A stretch of DNA of 64,000 nt from Eledone cirrhosa (taxonomy: Eukaryota), in the NCBI GenBank assembly GCA_964016885.1, contig OZ024743.1, positions 195,920,001 through 195,984,000 on the forward strand, read 5' to 3'. The notes under the pieces were generated by a model. It saw only the letters and a program-made list of their open reading frames with translations. It did no database searches and was not told the origin of the DNA. The translations under genes and the position numbers were made by a program. Below, piece by piece: positions 12,458-27,000 of this stretch (positions are counted from its first letter, which is position 1; each line of letters starts with the position of its first letter).

Positions 12458-13043
12458 AAAGAAAGTTTTCGTTCTACATGGCTGAATACAATAAATCTAA
12501 TCTGAGTTTTTCGAATATTAATAATAACATTCGATTCGTTTGCAATTATGCAAACAAGCCTCAATGTTATAGCCATGTCAGTAGAATGAACACTTCATTC
12601 TTGCTCTTGTGTTGGCATGTGAACAGAACTGCAGACACTAATGTTTCTTGCTATCACCCTTCATCAGTACAGCCAAACTGTCAGTGCTAGTGAAAATATA
12701 TGCTATTTTCAAAATTACACAGTGACTGATCGGCCTGATTTGCATATTATCAGACTGGCTGATCAGTCAGATCTTTATATTAGCAGATTCACTGATCAGC
12801 CAGATTTGAATATGAGCAGATATATTTTCACTAGTTCTGACAATTTGGCAGGTGAACAGTGAGCTGTACTGATGAAGGGTGATACCCAGAAACATTAGTG
12901 TCTACAGTTCTGTTCAAATGCCCACACAAGACCAAGAATGAAGGGTTCATTCTACTAACATGGCTATAAAATTGAGGCTTGTTTGCATAATTGCAAACGA
13001 ATCGAATGTTATTATTAATATTCAAAAAACTCAGATTACATTT

Positions 13044-13046
<3 letters not shown>
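12458..13046. mobile_element. Fold-back element (family D): arms ~12490-12682 and ~12856-13046
   Basis: 'aatctgagttttt.gaatattaataataacattcgattcgtttgcaattatgcaaacaagcctcaat' has its reverse complement at 12970-13040. Left tail, TA-rich flanks. Confidence 0.88.
12864..12907 (+). ncRNA. Type I hammerhead ribozyme motif (mirror copy 12629-12672, minus strand)
   Basis: ctgta-CTGATGA-agggt gat accca-GAAA-cattagtg-TC-tacag. Confidence 0.85.
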
Positions 13047-13081
<35 letters not shown>

Positions 13082-13284
13082 TGTATATAAATTAATTGTT
13101 AGAGAATACAATTCCGAATTCTTGAACAGTTGGTTTACAATTGTTTCAAAAATCATATAAAAATTCAGTTAATAAAATAAACATTATCGATAAGAACAGA
13201 TTTTAATAAGACTGAACCAAGAAATGACCTCATCTTCTAAACTACATGTCACTGATGGTGGGGACTACATAAAACATAAAAAGC

Positions 13285-13440
13285 AAAGCATACCACTTAT
13301 CATTCGAAGAACCAAAACCAATTAAAATAATTTTCAAAATAAATGAAGTTAAACTTTTAAATAATTTAAAGGTTTAACTTCTTTGAATTTAGAATGTATT
13401 TTAATTCTGTTTTGGTCCTGCGAATAAGTGGTATACTTTT
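13285..13440. repeat. Decayed palindrome centred ~13363
   Basis: 'ataccactta...gaaccaaaac..aattaaaata...gaagttaaacttttaaat' pairs with 'atttaaaggtttaacttc...tattttaattctgttttggtcc...taagtggtat'. Confidence 0.7.
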
Positions 13441-13774
13441 CCATTCTCTGAATGGAGTTCTGAATGGAGTTCCACTGAAGCAAGAAGTTCAAGTATCTCC
13501 TATTCACGAGTGGTGGACGGCAGATTGCTGAATTAAGTGCAAGGATTGCAGGAGCTGGTGTAGTAATGCGTCAGCATTCGATAATCAGAAGAAGGTAGGT
13601 AGGTGTAAAAGCCAAACTCGCTATCTTCAATTCGGTAAATACGTAATGATGAATGGCAATTTAACTTAAGAGACAACTGTTGACTATTTTATTAACCCTC
13701 CATGGGTTTGTAAAGAGAAAGTGGATCCCCTTTGGCTGCAGTAAAGATTATAATTTCCTACTGCAGAAGACTAC

Positions 13775-14210
13775 TGGGGAAAGCACTTCTAAAATGCTTA
13801 TATAATTTCTTGTTTAACCCAGAAATTTGGGAATTGCCGTGGCTCTATATTTTCAATTTAACCTGTAAAATAAACACCACTTTTTTCCATGTCTGCACGT
13901 GAAACTTCAATCTAGACTTAATGTGTTGTAAAGTCTTCATATTCTCAGTGTGCCACCATTCACTGACATTGGAAAAGATAAGCACTTCTAGAATGTATAT
14001 ATGTAATGTTTTTACTTATATATATATAACCAGAAATTCGGAAACTCTTATTATAGTTTAGCTGATATTTTTGAGTTAAACTGTAAAATACACGTTTTTT
14101 TCTGTCTCTGCTCCTGATATTTCAATTCCCTCCTCATATGTTTCAAAGCCTGTTTTCATAGATTGCATCACTCCACCTACAAACTATTGAATAAATGCAC
14201 TAATAATGTC
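13775..14210. repeat. Diverged ~200-bp tandem repeat
   Basis: 'aagcacttcta.aatg', 'ccagaaatt.gg.aa' and 'ctgtaaaata' recur at ~200-220 bp spacing. Confidence 0.6.
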
Positions 14211-14745
14211 ATAAATACGGTGTACATAATAGTGCTTCTGTTGTCGGTTAATTCTTTGTAAAATTTTGACAACGTATTATTCTATTTGAAATATTAAACC
14301 TTTTTTATATCCAAACCAATTGGCTTTCTTTTCTATTTTATAATTTATTTATTTCAGCTATTTTAAAAACAGCTGCACTGAGGATATGTTGTGTTTATCT
14401 CTATGTTGTCAGGTACATGTCAGATTGGATCATCATTACTATTGTTCAACGTCGACAATTTTTTAAATCATTATCACTAACAGAAACAGCGACCTCATGG
14501 CGAATTTATGTTAGAATATATAAGGTGTGATTTTCTGTGTGTGTCTGTTTGTATGCGGGTAGATGTGGAAGTGTTTGTGTATATTTCGTATTGTATATGT
14601 ATGTATGCATGCATGTATGTATGTATGTATGTATGTATATATATATATATATGTGTGCGTGTGTATGGATATGTATATATATATGTATATATATATGTAT
14701 GTATATATATGTATATATATATTTGTATGTATGTATATATGTATA

Positions 14746-14800
<55 letters not shown>

Positions 14801-15436
14801 TATATATAAGGTTAAACAATAAAAGAAAAAGACGATGAGTGGTAGTTAATTCATCCGTTGATTTACGATCGTTTCAAATGGCAAAATTGATAGTAGTTAC
14901 GCAACTTCATAAAATTAGCCACGAAAATATACCTATTCCACTGCCTATCCCTAGAACAATATATTTACCTCACCCCGCATTCCCCCAGACATATCTATAT
15001 ATATATAGTTATGATATTGTTTAGAAAACTTAAGAGAAACACAAACATAAGGACAATTCCCGCTCTTCGGCTCTCTGCTGTGGGTCACTGATGTTTCGAC
15101 GCATTTAAGATAGTACAACTCACCAGAGTGCATTAATAACTACGAGGAATAGTTATTAGGGAAGAAAACAACAAAAAAAAACAGAGACGATAGCGAAAGA
15201 ACGACAGAAAAGAGAATAAGCAGAAGAAAAACATACTTGAACCCATGACTCCTGCCAAACAAACCGTGCACACCCTCCAAATTCAGCAAATCAAACGCAG
15301 ACCGCCCAACCTCCCAAACTCGACCACAATAACCACCTAATGGGGAAGACCTTATTAAGTCGCAGCTGTCATATTACGTAGTTTCTATATAATAGAGTCA
15401 AAACTATATATACCGTCATAATGGACAGAGCTAAAT

Positions 15437-15605
15437 TTGGCGGGTTAGCAAAATTGTTAGATGATCAAATAATAGTTAACATTATTTGTTCTGATTCAAA
15501 TCCCGCCAAGGTTAACTTTTCCTTTCATCCTTACGGGGTCGATAAAATAAAGTACCAGTAATAGACTGGGTGGTTGCTGGCCTTGTGCCAAAAGTAGAAA
15601 CAATT
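15437..15605 (+). mobile_element. SINE family S2
   Basis: 'ttcaaatcccgccaagg...ctttcatccttacggggtcgataaaataaagtaccagt...ggccttgtgccaaaagtagaaac'. Confidence 0.8.
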
Positions 15606-15620
15606 ATTTGTTCTGATTCT

Positions 15621-15796
15621 CAGACCTGCCAACCTCTGAAAACCCAACCGGGGATGACCATGAAAAAAATTGAAATGAGGCAAACTGGGGAGATTTTACA
15701 TAATGAAAGCTATACCCATTTTCTCAAGAGAAGACATCTCTCACCCACCCTAAAGTGGGTGGGGGATCTCCCTGTCGGATGAGTTGACAGGTCAGA
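15621..15796. mobile_element. hAT-like MITE (TIR CAGACCTGYCAAC)
   Basis: Ends 'cagacctgccaacc' and 'gagttgacaggtcag'. An inverted homologous copy is at 58536-58705. Confidence 0.75.
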
Positions 15797-15955
15797 GTTC
15801 TTTACTAACTTATTTAAAATTCTATTGAGATCAACTTTAGCGTTCGTCCTTTCTGGTTCAATTAAATAAAGCACCAGTGAAATACTGTGGTTGGGATTAT
15901 CACCCCCCCCCCCCCCATAAATTACTGACCTTGTGCCTAAATTAGAAACTAATAT
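15797..15955 (+). mobile_element. SINE family S2, decayed
   Basis: 'tcaactttagcgttcgtcctttctggttcaattaaataaagcaccagt...gaccttgtgcctaaattagaaac'. Confidence 0.65.
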
Positions 15956-16462
15956 TGGTAGAAGGGTATACAATATATACTTTTAATTTGTTTGCATTTC
16001 ATCTAACCCTTACGGATGATCGCAAGGTGTTTGCGTACAAGTATGAGAGTACCAAAATTAGAAACAGTTATTAGATATTCATTGTATGTGTTGCTTATTT
16101 GATAGGACACTATCGACATTTTAATTTTATAACAAAAGGTTGAATAGTTAAATCGAGGCGTTATGTCCACATTGAAGAGAAAGAGAAATGGAAAAAAAAT
16201 CTGGTGACGTAAACAGCTTCAAGCAAGACTACAGGATTCATTTCTAAAAATAAATATGTCGATTGTAATATAAAATATTAACATTTCCAACTGATTGCGA
16301 AGTTATTTGCTGTTGAATCCAAATTAACTTGTATTGAGATTATTCAGAAATACAATAATTTTCAACTCTTAGAGGATCTGAATTTCACGTCGTGAAGCAA
16401 CGAAACAGTTAAATTTTGCTACTTACAGCATTTAACTACATTTGCCTAATATTATAGGACAA

Positions 16463-16625
16463 GAGGCAGTGAATAGGCCAAGGTATTAAAACGTCGGATA
16501 GAATGCTTTGCAGTAACATTTCCGGCTCTCTGCGCTTTGAGTTCAAATCCCGCCAAGGACAATTTTGTCTTTCATCCTTTCGAGGCTAATAAAAAAAGTT
16601 CTATTCCGGTACTGGAGTTGATTCT
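16463..16625 (+). mobile_element. SINE family S2, 3'-truncated
   Basis: 'gagttcaaatcccgccaaggacaattttgtctttcatcctttcgagg'. Confidence 0.7.
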
Positions 16626-16649
16626 CTCACTCTTTTATATATATATATA

Positions 16650-16857
16650 AAACGAAGGAGGTGTGGTAAGGAACCATATGGACCATAACGCACCAGAGTA
16701 CTCAATACTTAGGGTAGTAGAGTGGGTAATAGGAAAATGTTTAACCCCGACAGCAGAGCTCAAGCCGTTTCGACGGCTATTTCTGGATTATATAGCCGTC
16801 CAGAAATACCCTTCGAAACGGCTTGAGCTCTGCCGTCGGGGTTAAACATTTTCCTAT
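16650..16857. mobile_element. Fold-back element (family C): ~78-nt tail plus ~62-bp arms
   Basis: 'ataggaaaatgtttaaccccgac.gcagagctcaagccgtttcga' is inverted at 16813-16857. Flanked by (TA)n. Confidence 0.88.
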
Positions 16858-17030
16858 ATATATATATATATATATATATATCTGTCGACCTTTCTCTGAT
16901 GTAAATGTATTGTGTTCAAACCTGGAGAGGAGATGAGCTACGCCAGGTTTAGAATGCACATGACACATGTCATGACGGCGCCACTACGACTCCATCAACA
17001 GTTACAAGTCCATGCATATATATATATATG

Positions 17031-17110
<80 letters not shown>

Positions 17111-17757
17111 GAAAAAATAATTGACACAGCAAATACATCTCGAACTTCTGTATGTTTTTGGCAGCACCCGACAGCACAAGAAGGCGAGATAAATTCATTT
17201 TTCTTGTTGTTGTTGTAGTTGTTTCCTGTCGTTGTTTTTGGTGTTGTTGATGTTGTTGTTGTTGTTTTTAGTGGTGGTGGTGGTAGTGGTGGTGGTCTTG
17301 TCTTTGCTGTTGTGGCTTCACATAGTTATAACTCCACTTTAAATGTCATACGTTAAATGAAGCAAAAAGATTTAAAGTCGAAAGTAATCCACACAAGTGT
17401 ATTTACGTAAGTATATGTGCGTTTTTATGTCACATTACACGTATATATATGTTCGTTTCTTTTGTGTGTGTGTGTGTATATATATGCATATATGTGAATA
17501 AGTGAGTATGTATAAGGTTATCAAGATTGCCTGAGGAAAGTTGATACAATAAAAAAACGTAGAAGGTATAATTTTATTGGTTTGGGGATAAAATATAAGT
17601 GGATGCGATGTGTTAGGAGATATCGTCTAGGTGAACCGTCTGTAAATATCAAGCTGAAGCCAAAGAAAAACCTACGTTCTTTGCTATATTGGTCCACTCA
17701 CACACACACAAGCACAAACAAACATATATACATACATAGACACACACACACACACAG

Positions 17758-17822
<65 letters not shown>

Positions 17823-17849
17823 TATATATAATATATATATATGCCAAAG

Positions 17850-18030
17850 GAAAACAGGAATAAGAAAGCAGACGACACAGTGCCATGAAGAAATATATCA
17901 CTAGTTTCACGCTTGATATAGTAGAAAAAGAGTCTTAACGTTTTGGACTCTTGTCCTTCATCACAAAATAGAATGAGAAATTAAAGAAAAATAGTTGGTG
18001 ATAAGGAAGAGAAATATAAAGGAAAAATGG
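17850..18030 (-). mobile_element. Family H fragment with degenerate HHR (~17932-17970)
   Basis: Minus strand: ttt-GTGATGA-aggac aaga gtcc-AAAA-cg-TT-aagac; homologous to 5940-6090. Confidence 0.55.
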
Positions 18031-18032
18031 TA

Positions 18033-18069
<37 letters not shown>

Positions 18070-18356
18070 AGAGTGTACAAACGGCAGACAACAGAGGCCA
18101 CGTGTTGTCCCTCTCCGACTAAAAACTTTCCCCATCGGAAAACCCCCAGTTGATGGATGCGAAATCCGAAATAAAGGGACAATTAAATCACTTCCAAGGT
18201 AACTCTATCTCGTGTTACTATATTTACAGTCTTTCTTACGTTCTTCTACACCCTATACGTCTCCCTCCACATTTCCTTTACATCTCTCTCATCACCACCT
18301 GATTCTGTTACCCGGAGATTTACCCATCTGCATTGTTGAGGCTTCCAAAACAACAC

Positions 18357-18495
<139 letters not shown>

Positions 18496-18739
18496 ATATA
18501 TATATAGTCACCATACTACTAATAATAATAATTGAGAAAATTAGGTAAAGTATACTTGCAGACGGTAAAAAGTAGACAGAGGTGATTCTGTCCACTTTTT
18601 CAGTCGATACACTTTTCTTGATTTTCTCAAATAGTGAACGACTATTATTATGTTCATTTGCGTTGGAATGCACACATTTCAAATTTTCCAAATGCTCCTT
18701 ATGTTTGGTTACACATATATATGTATACTTGTATATATG

Positions 18740-18858
18740 AAGGCGTGTGGCTGAGTGGTTAGAGAATTAGATTCGCAATCGTAAGGTTGTGAGTTCGATT
18801 CCTGGACCAGGCGATGCGTTATGTCCTTGAGCAAGACACTTTATTTCACGTTGCTCCT
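18740..18858 (+). mobile_element. SINE family S1, 5' part
   Basis: A box 'tggctgagtgg', B box 'gagttcgattcc', then 'tgtccttgagcaagacactttatttcacgttgctcc'. Confidence 0.8.
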
Positions 18859-18955
18859 TCTACCTGGAGTTGCGACCGATAGATAGTATTAGCAATTGGA
18901 AAGACAAAAGGAAACATTGTTCCCTCGGTCCGATTTGACGAAAGTCGATCGTTCC

Positions 18956-18986
<31 letters not shown>

Positions 18987-18989
<3 letters not shown>

Positions 18990-19412
18990 ATATATTAACA
19001 AATGGAAACTATATTTATAAAACCATATTTATTTCATTATACATATTTCAAGGGCCACCAAGGCAAACTATGGTGAGCTTTCATCAGATAAAATATAATA
19101 TAGGTTAGTTTTATAAATAAATATTGACATACTCTGGAAAAATACAACCATTCTGGTTGGAATCTCCAGGAGATTCCAACCAGAATGGTTGTATTTTTCC
19201 AGAGTATGTCAATATTTATTTATAAAACTAACCTATATTATATTTTATCTGATGAAAGCTCACCATAGTTTGCCTTGGTGGCCCTTGAAATATGTATAAT
19301 GAAATAAATATGGTTTTATAAATATAGTTTCCATTTGTTAATATATTGTATATTTACTCCAATAAAAATATTTTGCTTGTTGTATCCCAACAAATTAAAT
19401 ATAACCTCTACA
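18987..19412. mobile_element. Fold-back element (family B): 181-bp arms, 1-nt loop at 19168, right tail 19350-19412
   Basis: Mirror symmetry about 19168 (aatctcc-a-ggagatt) out to 18987/19349; no mismatch noticed by eye. Confidence 0.92.
19241..19306 (+). ncRNA. Type I hammerhead ribozyme motif (mirror 19030-19095, minus strand)
   Basis: tattttat-CTGATGA-aagctcacca...tggtggccctt-GAAA-tatgta-TA-atgaaata. Confidence 0.8.
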
Positions 19413-19472
19413 TATATATATATATATATGATAAAGAACACAAGAGCGTCTACAACATCAAAAGATTTTTAT

Positions 19473-19521
19473 TGGCTTACAATGTTTCTTCCTTACGTAA
19501 CCGTAGGATTCGTCAGAGCTA
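19473..19521 (-). ncRNA. Type I hammerhead ribozyme motif (separate family)
   Basis: Minus strand: tagct-CTGACGA-atcctacg gtta cgtaaggaa-GAAA-cattg-TA-agcca. Confidence 0.7.
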
Positions 19522-20483
19522 TAAAAGGGGTTTGATTGGTGTTATAGACTCTACCAACCAAACATTCAAGAACAAAGAGTAAAGAGAGTAAAGAGCAAAA
19601 GTAGGGGACGATAAGTCTAATTTTGGTGCGGGAGGGTGGGGTGTGGGTCCTTGTTTACTAGCTGCGGTCATATTCATTCCCGGGAGTCGAGTGGTTAGCT
19701 GAACCATAGATGGGGTGGCGTCGATAGTATGGTGCAGAGGGTGTGCAGAGGCTACACAAACACAAAGGGCATACAATATAGTTTCCATTTATTTAATATC
19801 ATTGAATATATATATATATAACGGAGGAGAAAGTACATGAGGTAATTAGAAATGGAAAAAGAGTAATAATAATAATCTATAATTAATAATGTATAATAAG
19901 GCATGGGGAAGATTACACTATAATAAGGTATAAAAGTAAGAATAAGGTAAAATATAAAGGAGGATAAAAGTGGAAATAATAAAGATAAAAAATATATATG
20001 TAAAAAATATATAGAGAATATATAAAGAAATATAAGCGAGTATTTGGAGGGGAAAACACAATTTAAAAGAACCGATTTTTTCAAATAAAAATAAAAATAT
20101 TATAATTATGGGGGGAGAAAACGGGATAGAGAAATATGATCAAATGTGATTAGTTGAGAGAATATAAGATGATAATAGTTATGTCAAGTTTATACATCTT
20201 AATAATAAATAATCTGTGTATCAGATTAAAAAGAACCTTCAATTCACTTACAGGCTCAAGCCACGTGGCATAGTCCATTGTTTATCTGTGCGGTCATGCG
20301 CGTTTGTTTTTGACACCACAGCAGATGCACAAGTTCGTAAATTCCAATGCAGGTAGAAATCTATTTTTGCTCACCCGGACATTGACGGAGGATCTAATAT
20401 TCCTAGTTCAATATGTGTGTGGTGTTATTTTGGTCGCACAAATCAATCACTTGGTTCAATATTATATATATATATATATTATA

Positions 20484-20539
<56 letters not shown>

Positions 20540-20544
<5 letters not shown>

Positions 20545-20628
20545 CGGCGATGAATTAGTTTTGCGAGGTTTTTGATATGAAATCGTGTGTCGAAACAAAT
20601 ATTATTATACTTGGGGAGGGTCATATTT
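20540..20628 (-). mobile_element. Diverged family A terminal fragment
   Basis: 'gaaatcgtgtgtcgaaacaaatattattatacttggggagggtcat' matches 6943-6990, adjacent to (TA)n. Confidence 0.65.
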
Positions 20629-20689
20629 GTGTAATATTGTCAGAATTAATAACAGAACACAGTCACTGTTTGGTTGGTTTTCGCTTTTC

Positions 20690-21151
20690 GCTTCTGTGTC
20701 TTTTATATCGGTAATTTAATTTATTCGGCCCTCAATGTTGCAAGTTACTGGAGTAAATATTCAATGATATTAAATAAATGGAAACTATATTTATAAAATC
20801 ATATTTATTTTATTATATATATTTCAAGGGTACCAAGAGAACATTGGTACGCTTTCATCAGATAAAATACAAAGTTTTTTTCATAAATAGAGACATACCC
20901 ATGAAAATCATACCTTATCGGTTGGAAATTCACTGGATAGTCAATCCAGTGAATTTCCAACAATAGACTATCCAGTGAATTTCCAACCGATAACGCATGA
21001 TTTTCATGGGTATGTCTCTATTTATAAAAAACAATTTGTATTTTATCTGATGAAAGCGTACCAATTTTGTCTTGGTACCCTTGAAATATATATAATAAAA
21101 TAAATATGGTTTTATAAATATAGTTTCCATTTATTTAATATCATTGAATAT
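20690..21151. mobile_element. Fold-back element (family B): arms 20757-20942 and 20966-21151, tail on the left
   Basis: Near-perfect inverted arms homologous to 18987-19349, with a few mismatches. Confidence 0.9.
21039..21102 (+). ncRNA. Type I hammerhead ribozyme motif (mirror 20806-20869, minus strand)
   Basis: tattttat-CTGATGA-aagcgtacca...tggtaccctt-GAAA-tatata-TA-ataaaata. Confidence 0.85.
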
Positions 21152-21554
21152 ATATATGTATATATATGACAGAAGCAACATATACTTCTTCTAAGTTTTC
21201 TTTTATATCAACACCTGTAACCATTTCTATTCTCTCCGACCTTCCATACTTTCATACGAATTCCCTGCCCTTCTTTACCAATAACTCCCCCTTCTTTCAC
21301 TGACCATCGACGAGATAGGTCATGTTTCGTATTTCTCTACCCATAAGTCGATATGTCTCATATTTTCTCTAGTTTAATTACTGGCTTCACTATTTGAGAG
21401 TTTCCATATTTCACTTTTCAGCTAGTTCATCTAAAGTAACTCTCTATTTTCTTGTTTCTCTCCTGCTTATTGTCTGTTGCGTCGGAACATTCTGTAAATC
21501 AAATTAGACAATACAAACCAACTGTTTCTGACACAACATACTACGTCATATAAG

Positions 21555-23004
<1,450 letters not shown>

Positions 23005-23238
23005 AGATATATATGTGCGTGTGTGTGTTTGAATAAAGATAATTCTCAATTGCATACTCAACATGACCTCAGTTCAATATATGTCTAGAGTGTATACTTA
23101 TAATATTGGACTTACAGCACGCAAACTGTTTCATTATGTTGCCGCAATCTCTTTATATGTCTAACAATATATATCTATATATGTGAGTATGTGTGTGTAT
23201 GTGTGTACCCTATTGTATATTGGTATGTTACTTATCCA

Positions 23239-23310
<72 letters not shown>

Positions 23311-23811
23311 AAGCGGGATTTACGTGGCTGAGCCTGTGTTTGCTCTGTGTACACATATATACATTAACGAGGATTTGATCGGTGTCAATTTCTTTGTGTC
23401 AAACAAGACAATTTACTTTCTGTTCAGAGCCCATGGCAAGAGATATGGTACCCCATCTCACCCAACGCCTTTGTGGAAGAGAAACCTGAATCTTTAAAGA
23501 TCACCTAATACCTATTTCTGACGGCATTGATTGTTTATATTCAAAAGCTTAAACAGTCAACCATAATTACTTGTCTACTCCACTGCTATAGCTTCAAGTA
23601 GTCACAGATGATTTCCTTTACATCTTACTAAGCTTCGGTTAGATTTCGTTACCAGACACCTTAAAATTTCTACACATAGTTTCACTGTGCTTATATCCTG
23701 ATTCTGTGTTATCTATACTGTTTATAATGTGTTGTTGTTGTTGTCGCTGTCGATGTTGTTGTTATTGTTATTATTTTTGATGCTTTTACTAGTAATGTAT
23801 GATAGAGATAC

Positions 23812-24030
23812 TGGTTTCTTATATAGGTACAAGGCCAGTAATTTTGGGGAAGGAGAAAGTCGATTAAATCGACCCCCACTGCGTTACTGGTACCTTATTT
23901 TATCGACTCCGTAAGGATAAAAGTCAAAGTTAACCTCGCCGGGATTTCAACTCAGATCGTAAAGGGCCGTAACTCTATGCTGCAAAGCATGGCGTTCGAC
24001 CCTCTACCGATACCGCCAATCCCCCGCCCT
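23812..24030 (-). mobile_element. SINE family S2, near full length
   Basis: 'ggtacaaggccagtaatttt...actggtaccttattttatcgactccgtaaggataaaagtcaaagttaacctcgccgggatttcaactcag...gccaatcccccgcc'. Confidence 0.85.
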
Positions 24031-24044
24031 ATAGCGCCAATCAA

Positions 24045-27000
24045 AGATGGTGTTGTTTTCGTTGTTGTTGTTGTTGTTTTTGTTGTAATTGCTAGTGATG
24101 TGTGATAGAGATGGTGTTGTTATTGTTGCTGTTGTTGTTGTTGTTGTTGTTGTAATTGCTCGTGATGTGTGATAGAGATGGTGTTGTTATTGTTACTGTT
24201 GTTGTTGTTGTTTTTGTTGTAATTGCTAGTGATGTGTGATAGAGATGGTGTTGTTATTGTTACTGTTGTTGTTGTTGTTTTTGTTGTAATTGCTAGTGAT
24301 GTGTGATAGAGATGGTGTTGTTATTGTTGCTGTTGTTGTTGTTGTAATTGCTAGTGATGTGTGATAGAGATGGTGTTGTTATTGGTACTTTTGTTGTTGT
24401 TGTTTTTGTTGTAATTGCTAGTGATGTGTGATAGAGATGGTGTTGTTATTGTTGCTGTTGTTGTTGTTGTTTTTGTTGTAATTGCTAGTGATGTGTGATA
24501 GAGATGGTGTTGTTATTGTTAGTTGTTGTTGTTGTTTTTGTTGTAATTGCTAGTGATGTGTGATAGAGATGGTGTTGTTATTGTTACTGTTGTTGTTGTT
24601 GTTTTTGTTGTAATTGCTAGTGATGTGTGATAGAGATGGTGTTGTTATTGTTAGTTGTTGTTGTTGTTTTTGTTGTAATTGCTAGTGATGTGTGATAGAG
24701 ATGGTGTTGTTATTGTTGCTGTTGTTGTTGTTGTAATTGCTAGTGATGTGTGATAGAGATGGTGTTGTTATTGTTGCTGTTGTTGTTGTTGTAATTGCTA
24801 GTGATGTGTGATAGAGATGGTGTTGTTATTGTTACTTTTGTTGTTGTTGTTTTTGTTGTAATTGCTAGTGATGTGTGATAGAGATGGTGTTGTTATTGTT
24901 AGTTGTTGTTGTTGTTTTTGTTGTAATTGCTAGTGATGTGTGATAGAGATGGTGTTGTTATTGTTACTGTTGTTGTTGTTGTTTTTGTTGTAATTGCTAG
25001 TGATGTGTGATAGAGATGGTGTTGTTATTGTTAGTTGTTGTTGTTGTTTTTGTTGTAATTGCTAGTGATGTGTGATAGAGATGGTGTTGTTATTGTTAGT
25101 TGTTGTTGTTGTTTTTGTTGTAATTGCTAGTGATGTGTGATAGAGATGGTGTTGTTATTGTTAGTTGTTGTTGTTGTTTTTGTTGTAATTGCTAGTGATG
25201 TGTGATAGAGATGGTGTTGTTATTGTTAGTTGTTGTTGTTGTTTTTGTTGTAATTGCTAGTGATGTGTGATAGAGATGGTGTTGTTATTGTTAGTTGTTG
25301 TTGTTGTTTTTGTTGTAATTGCTAGTGATGTGTGATAGAGATGGTGTTGTTATTGTTACTTTTGTTGTTGTTGTTTTTGTTGTAATTGCTAGTGATGTGT
25401 GATAGAGATGGTGTTGTTATTGTTACTTTTGTTGTTTTTGTTTTTGTTGTAATTGCTAGTGATGTGTGATAGAGATGGTGTTGTTATTGTTACTTTTGTT
25501 GTTGTTGTTTTTGTTGTAATTGCTAGTGATGTGTGATAGAGATGGTGTTGTTATTGTTAGTTGTTGTTGTTGTTTTTGTTGTAATTGCTAGTGATGTGTG
25601 ATAGAGATGGTGTTGTTATTGTTAGTTGTTGTTGTTGTTTTTGTTGTAATTGCTAGTGATGTGTGATAGAGATGGTGTTGTTATTGTTAGTTGTTGTTGT
25701 TGTTTTTGTTGTAATTGCTAGTGATGTGTGATAGAGATGGTGTTGTTATTGTTACTGTTGTTGTTGTTGTTTTTGTTGTAATTGCTAGTGATGTGTGATA
25801 GAGATGGTGTTGTTATTGTTAGTTGTTGTTGTTGTTTTTGTTGTAATTGCTAGTGATGTGTGATAGAGATGGTGTTGTTATTGTTACTGTTGTTGTTGTT
25901 GTTTTTGTTGTAATTGCTAGTGATGTGTGATACAGATGGTGTTGTTATTGTTACTGTTGTTGTTGTTGTTTTTGTTGTAATTGCTAGTGATGTGTGATAC
26001 AGATGGTGTTGTTATTGTTACTGTTGTTGTTGTTTTTGTTGTAATTGCTAGTGATGTGTGATAGAGATGGTGTTGTTATTGTTACTGTTGTTGTTGTTGT
26101 TTTTGTTGTAATTGCTAGTGATGTGTGATAGAGATGGTGTTGTTATTGTTACTGTTGTTGTTGTTGTTTTTGTTGTAATTGCTAGTGATGTGTGATACAG
26201 ATGGTGTTGTTATTGTTACTGTTGTTGTTGTTGTTTTTGTTGTAATTGCTAGTGATGTGTGATAGAGATGGTGTTGTTATTGTTGATGTTGTTGTAATTG
26301 CTAGTGATGTGTGATAGAGATGGTGTTGTTATTGTTACTGTTGTTGTTGTTGTTTTTGTTGTAATTGCTAGTGATGTGTGATAGAGATGGTGTTGTTATT
26401 GTTGATGTTGTTGTTGTTGTAATTGCTAGTGATGTGTGATAGAGATGGTGTTGTTATTGGTACTGTTGTTGTTGTTGTTTTTGTTGTAATTGCTAGTGAT
26501 GTGTGATAGAGATTGTGTTGTTATTGTTGCTGTTGTTGTTGTTGTTGTTGTTGTAATTGCGAGTGATGTGTGATAGAGATGGTGTTGTTATTGTTACTGT
26601 TGTTGTTTTTGTTGTAATTGCTAGTGATGTGTGATAGAGATGGTGTTGTTATTGTTGCTGTTGTTGTTGTTGTAATTGCTAGTGATGTGTGATAGAGATG
26701 GTGTTGTTATTGTTGCTGTTGTTGTTGTTGTTTTTGTTGTAATTGCTAGTGATGTGTGATAGAGATGGTGTTGTTATTGTTGCTGTTGTTGTTGTTGTTT
26801 TTGTTGTAATTGCTAGTGATGTGTGATAGAGATGGTGTTGTTATTGTTGCTGTTGTTGTTGTTGTTTTTGTTGTAATTGCTAGTGATGTGTGATAGAGAT
26901 GGTGTTGTTATTGTTGCTGTTGTTGTTGTTGTTTTTGTTGTAATTGCTAGTGATGTGTGATAGAGATGGTGTTGTTATTGTTGCTGTTGTTGTTGTTGTT

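Noticed and set aside
18740-18810. tRNA gene
   Set aside because: The tRNA-like head runs directly into the SINE central domain and has no proper acceptor stem.
18987-19349. Perfect palindromes as amplification or assembly chimeras
   Set aside because: Shared family termini, asymmetric tails, TA flanks and diverged older copies argue for a biological origin, although read-level confirmation is still needed.
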